From assembly GCA_019659055.1 (NCBI GenBank), contig JAIFWV010000003.1, forward strand, positions 14,706-78,705: a stretch of DNA of 64,000 nt, in the 5' to 3' direction. A program made the translations under genes and the position numbers. The stretch comes from Candidatus Doudnabacteria bacterium. Lineage in GTDB: Bacteria; Patescibacteriota; Doudnabacteria; UBA920; O2-02-FULL-48-8. Positions 63,995 to 64,000 of this stretch are shown in pieces (positions within the stretch are counted from its first letter, which is position 1; each line of letters starts with the position of its first letter). The notes below the pieces were generated by a model. It was given only the letters and a program-made list of their open reading frames with translations. It had not been told where the DNA came from and ran no database searches.

Positions 63995-64000
63995 AACCTG

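Overview
This 64 kb window is a densely packed bacterial chromosomal segment, mostly transcribed on the minus strand. The core has 45-50 % GC by eye and uses GGAGG Shine-Dalgarno sites and the standard genetic code (TGA is a stop). Recognisable core genes are rfbB (partial), a HIT protein, an HtrA-like protease, ogt, lgt, a TrmB-family regulator, aspS, ybaK, scpA-scpB, a PucR-family regulator, GH5 and GH1 glycosidases, an SGNH hydrolase, a GDE-like glycosidase and a ROK kinase. Also present are the dcw cluster (mraZ, rsmH, ftsL, ftsI, murF), purD, purN, rplJ, rplL, mltG, a CAP-domain protein, a DoxX/VKOR/DsbA thiol-oxidation cluster, hup and tRNA-Glu(CUC). A four-helix-bundle protein and a short AspRS suggest a small-genome uncultivated lineage (inference). 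Three accessory blocks interrupt the core. Block 1 runs from about 4.4 to 16.4 kb, has a GC-richer composition by eye and is bounded on the left by a strong terminator. It contains almost only unrecognisable genes, including a MORC-like GHKL ATPase operon with an HTH partner, a divergent pair of a 540-aa protein and a 478-aa coiled-coil protein, several small Cys-rich zinc-ribbon proteins, a three-copy conserved leader with hairpin, and a probable ncRNA between a perfect consensus sigma70 promoter and an intrinsic terminator. Block 2 runs from 29.2 to 33.1 kb and is a six-gene minus-strand operon of unknowns, including a secreted HExxH protein. It is driven by a perfect consensus promoter, each gene is followed by a conserved CCGTGAGT...ACCCACGG hairpin, and the operon ends in a canonical terminator. 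Block 3 (33.1-35.3 kb) is AT-rich, holds two large unknown proteins and abuts tRNA-Glu. Two families of structured intergenic repeats of 65 nt and 85 nt each occur three times. No CRISPR array, rRNA, integrase or transposase was seen. Non-CDS coordinates are hand-counted and may be off by 1-2 nt.
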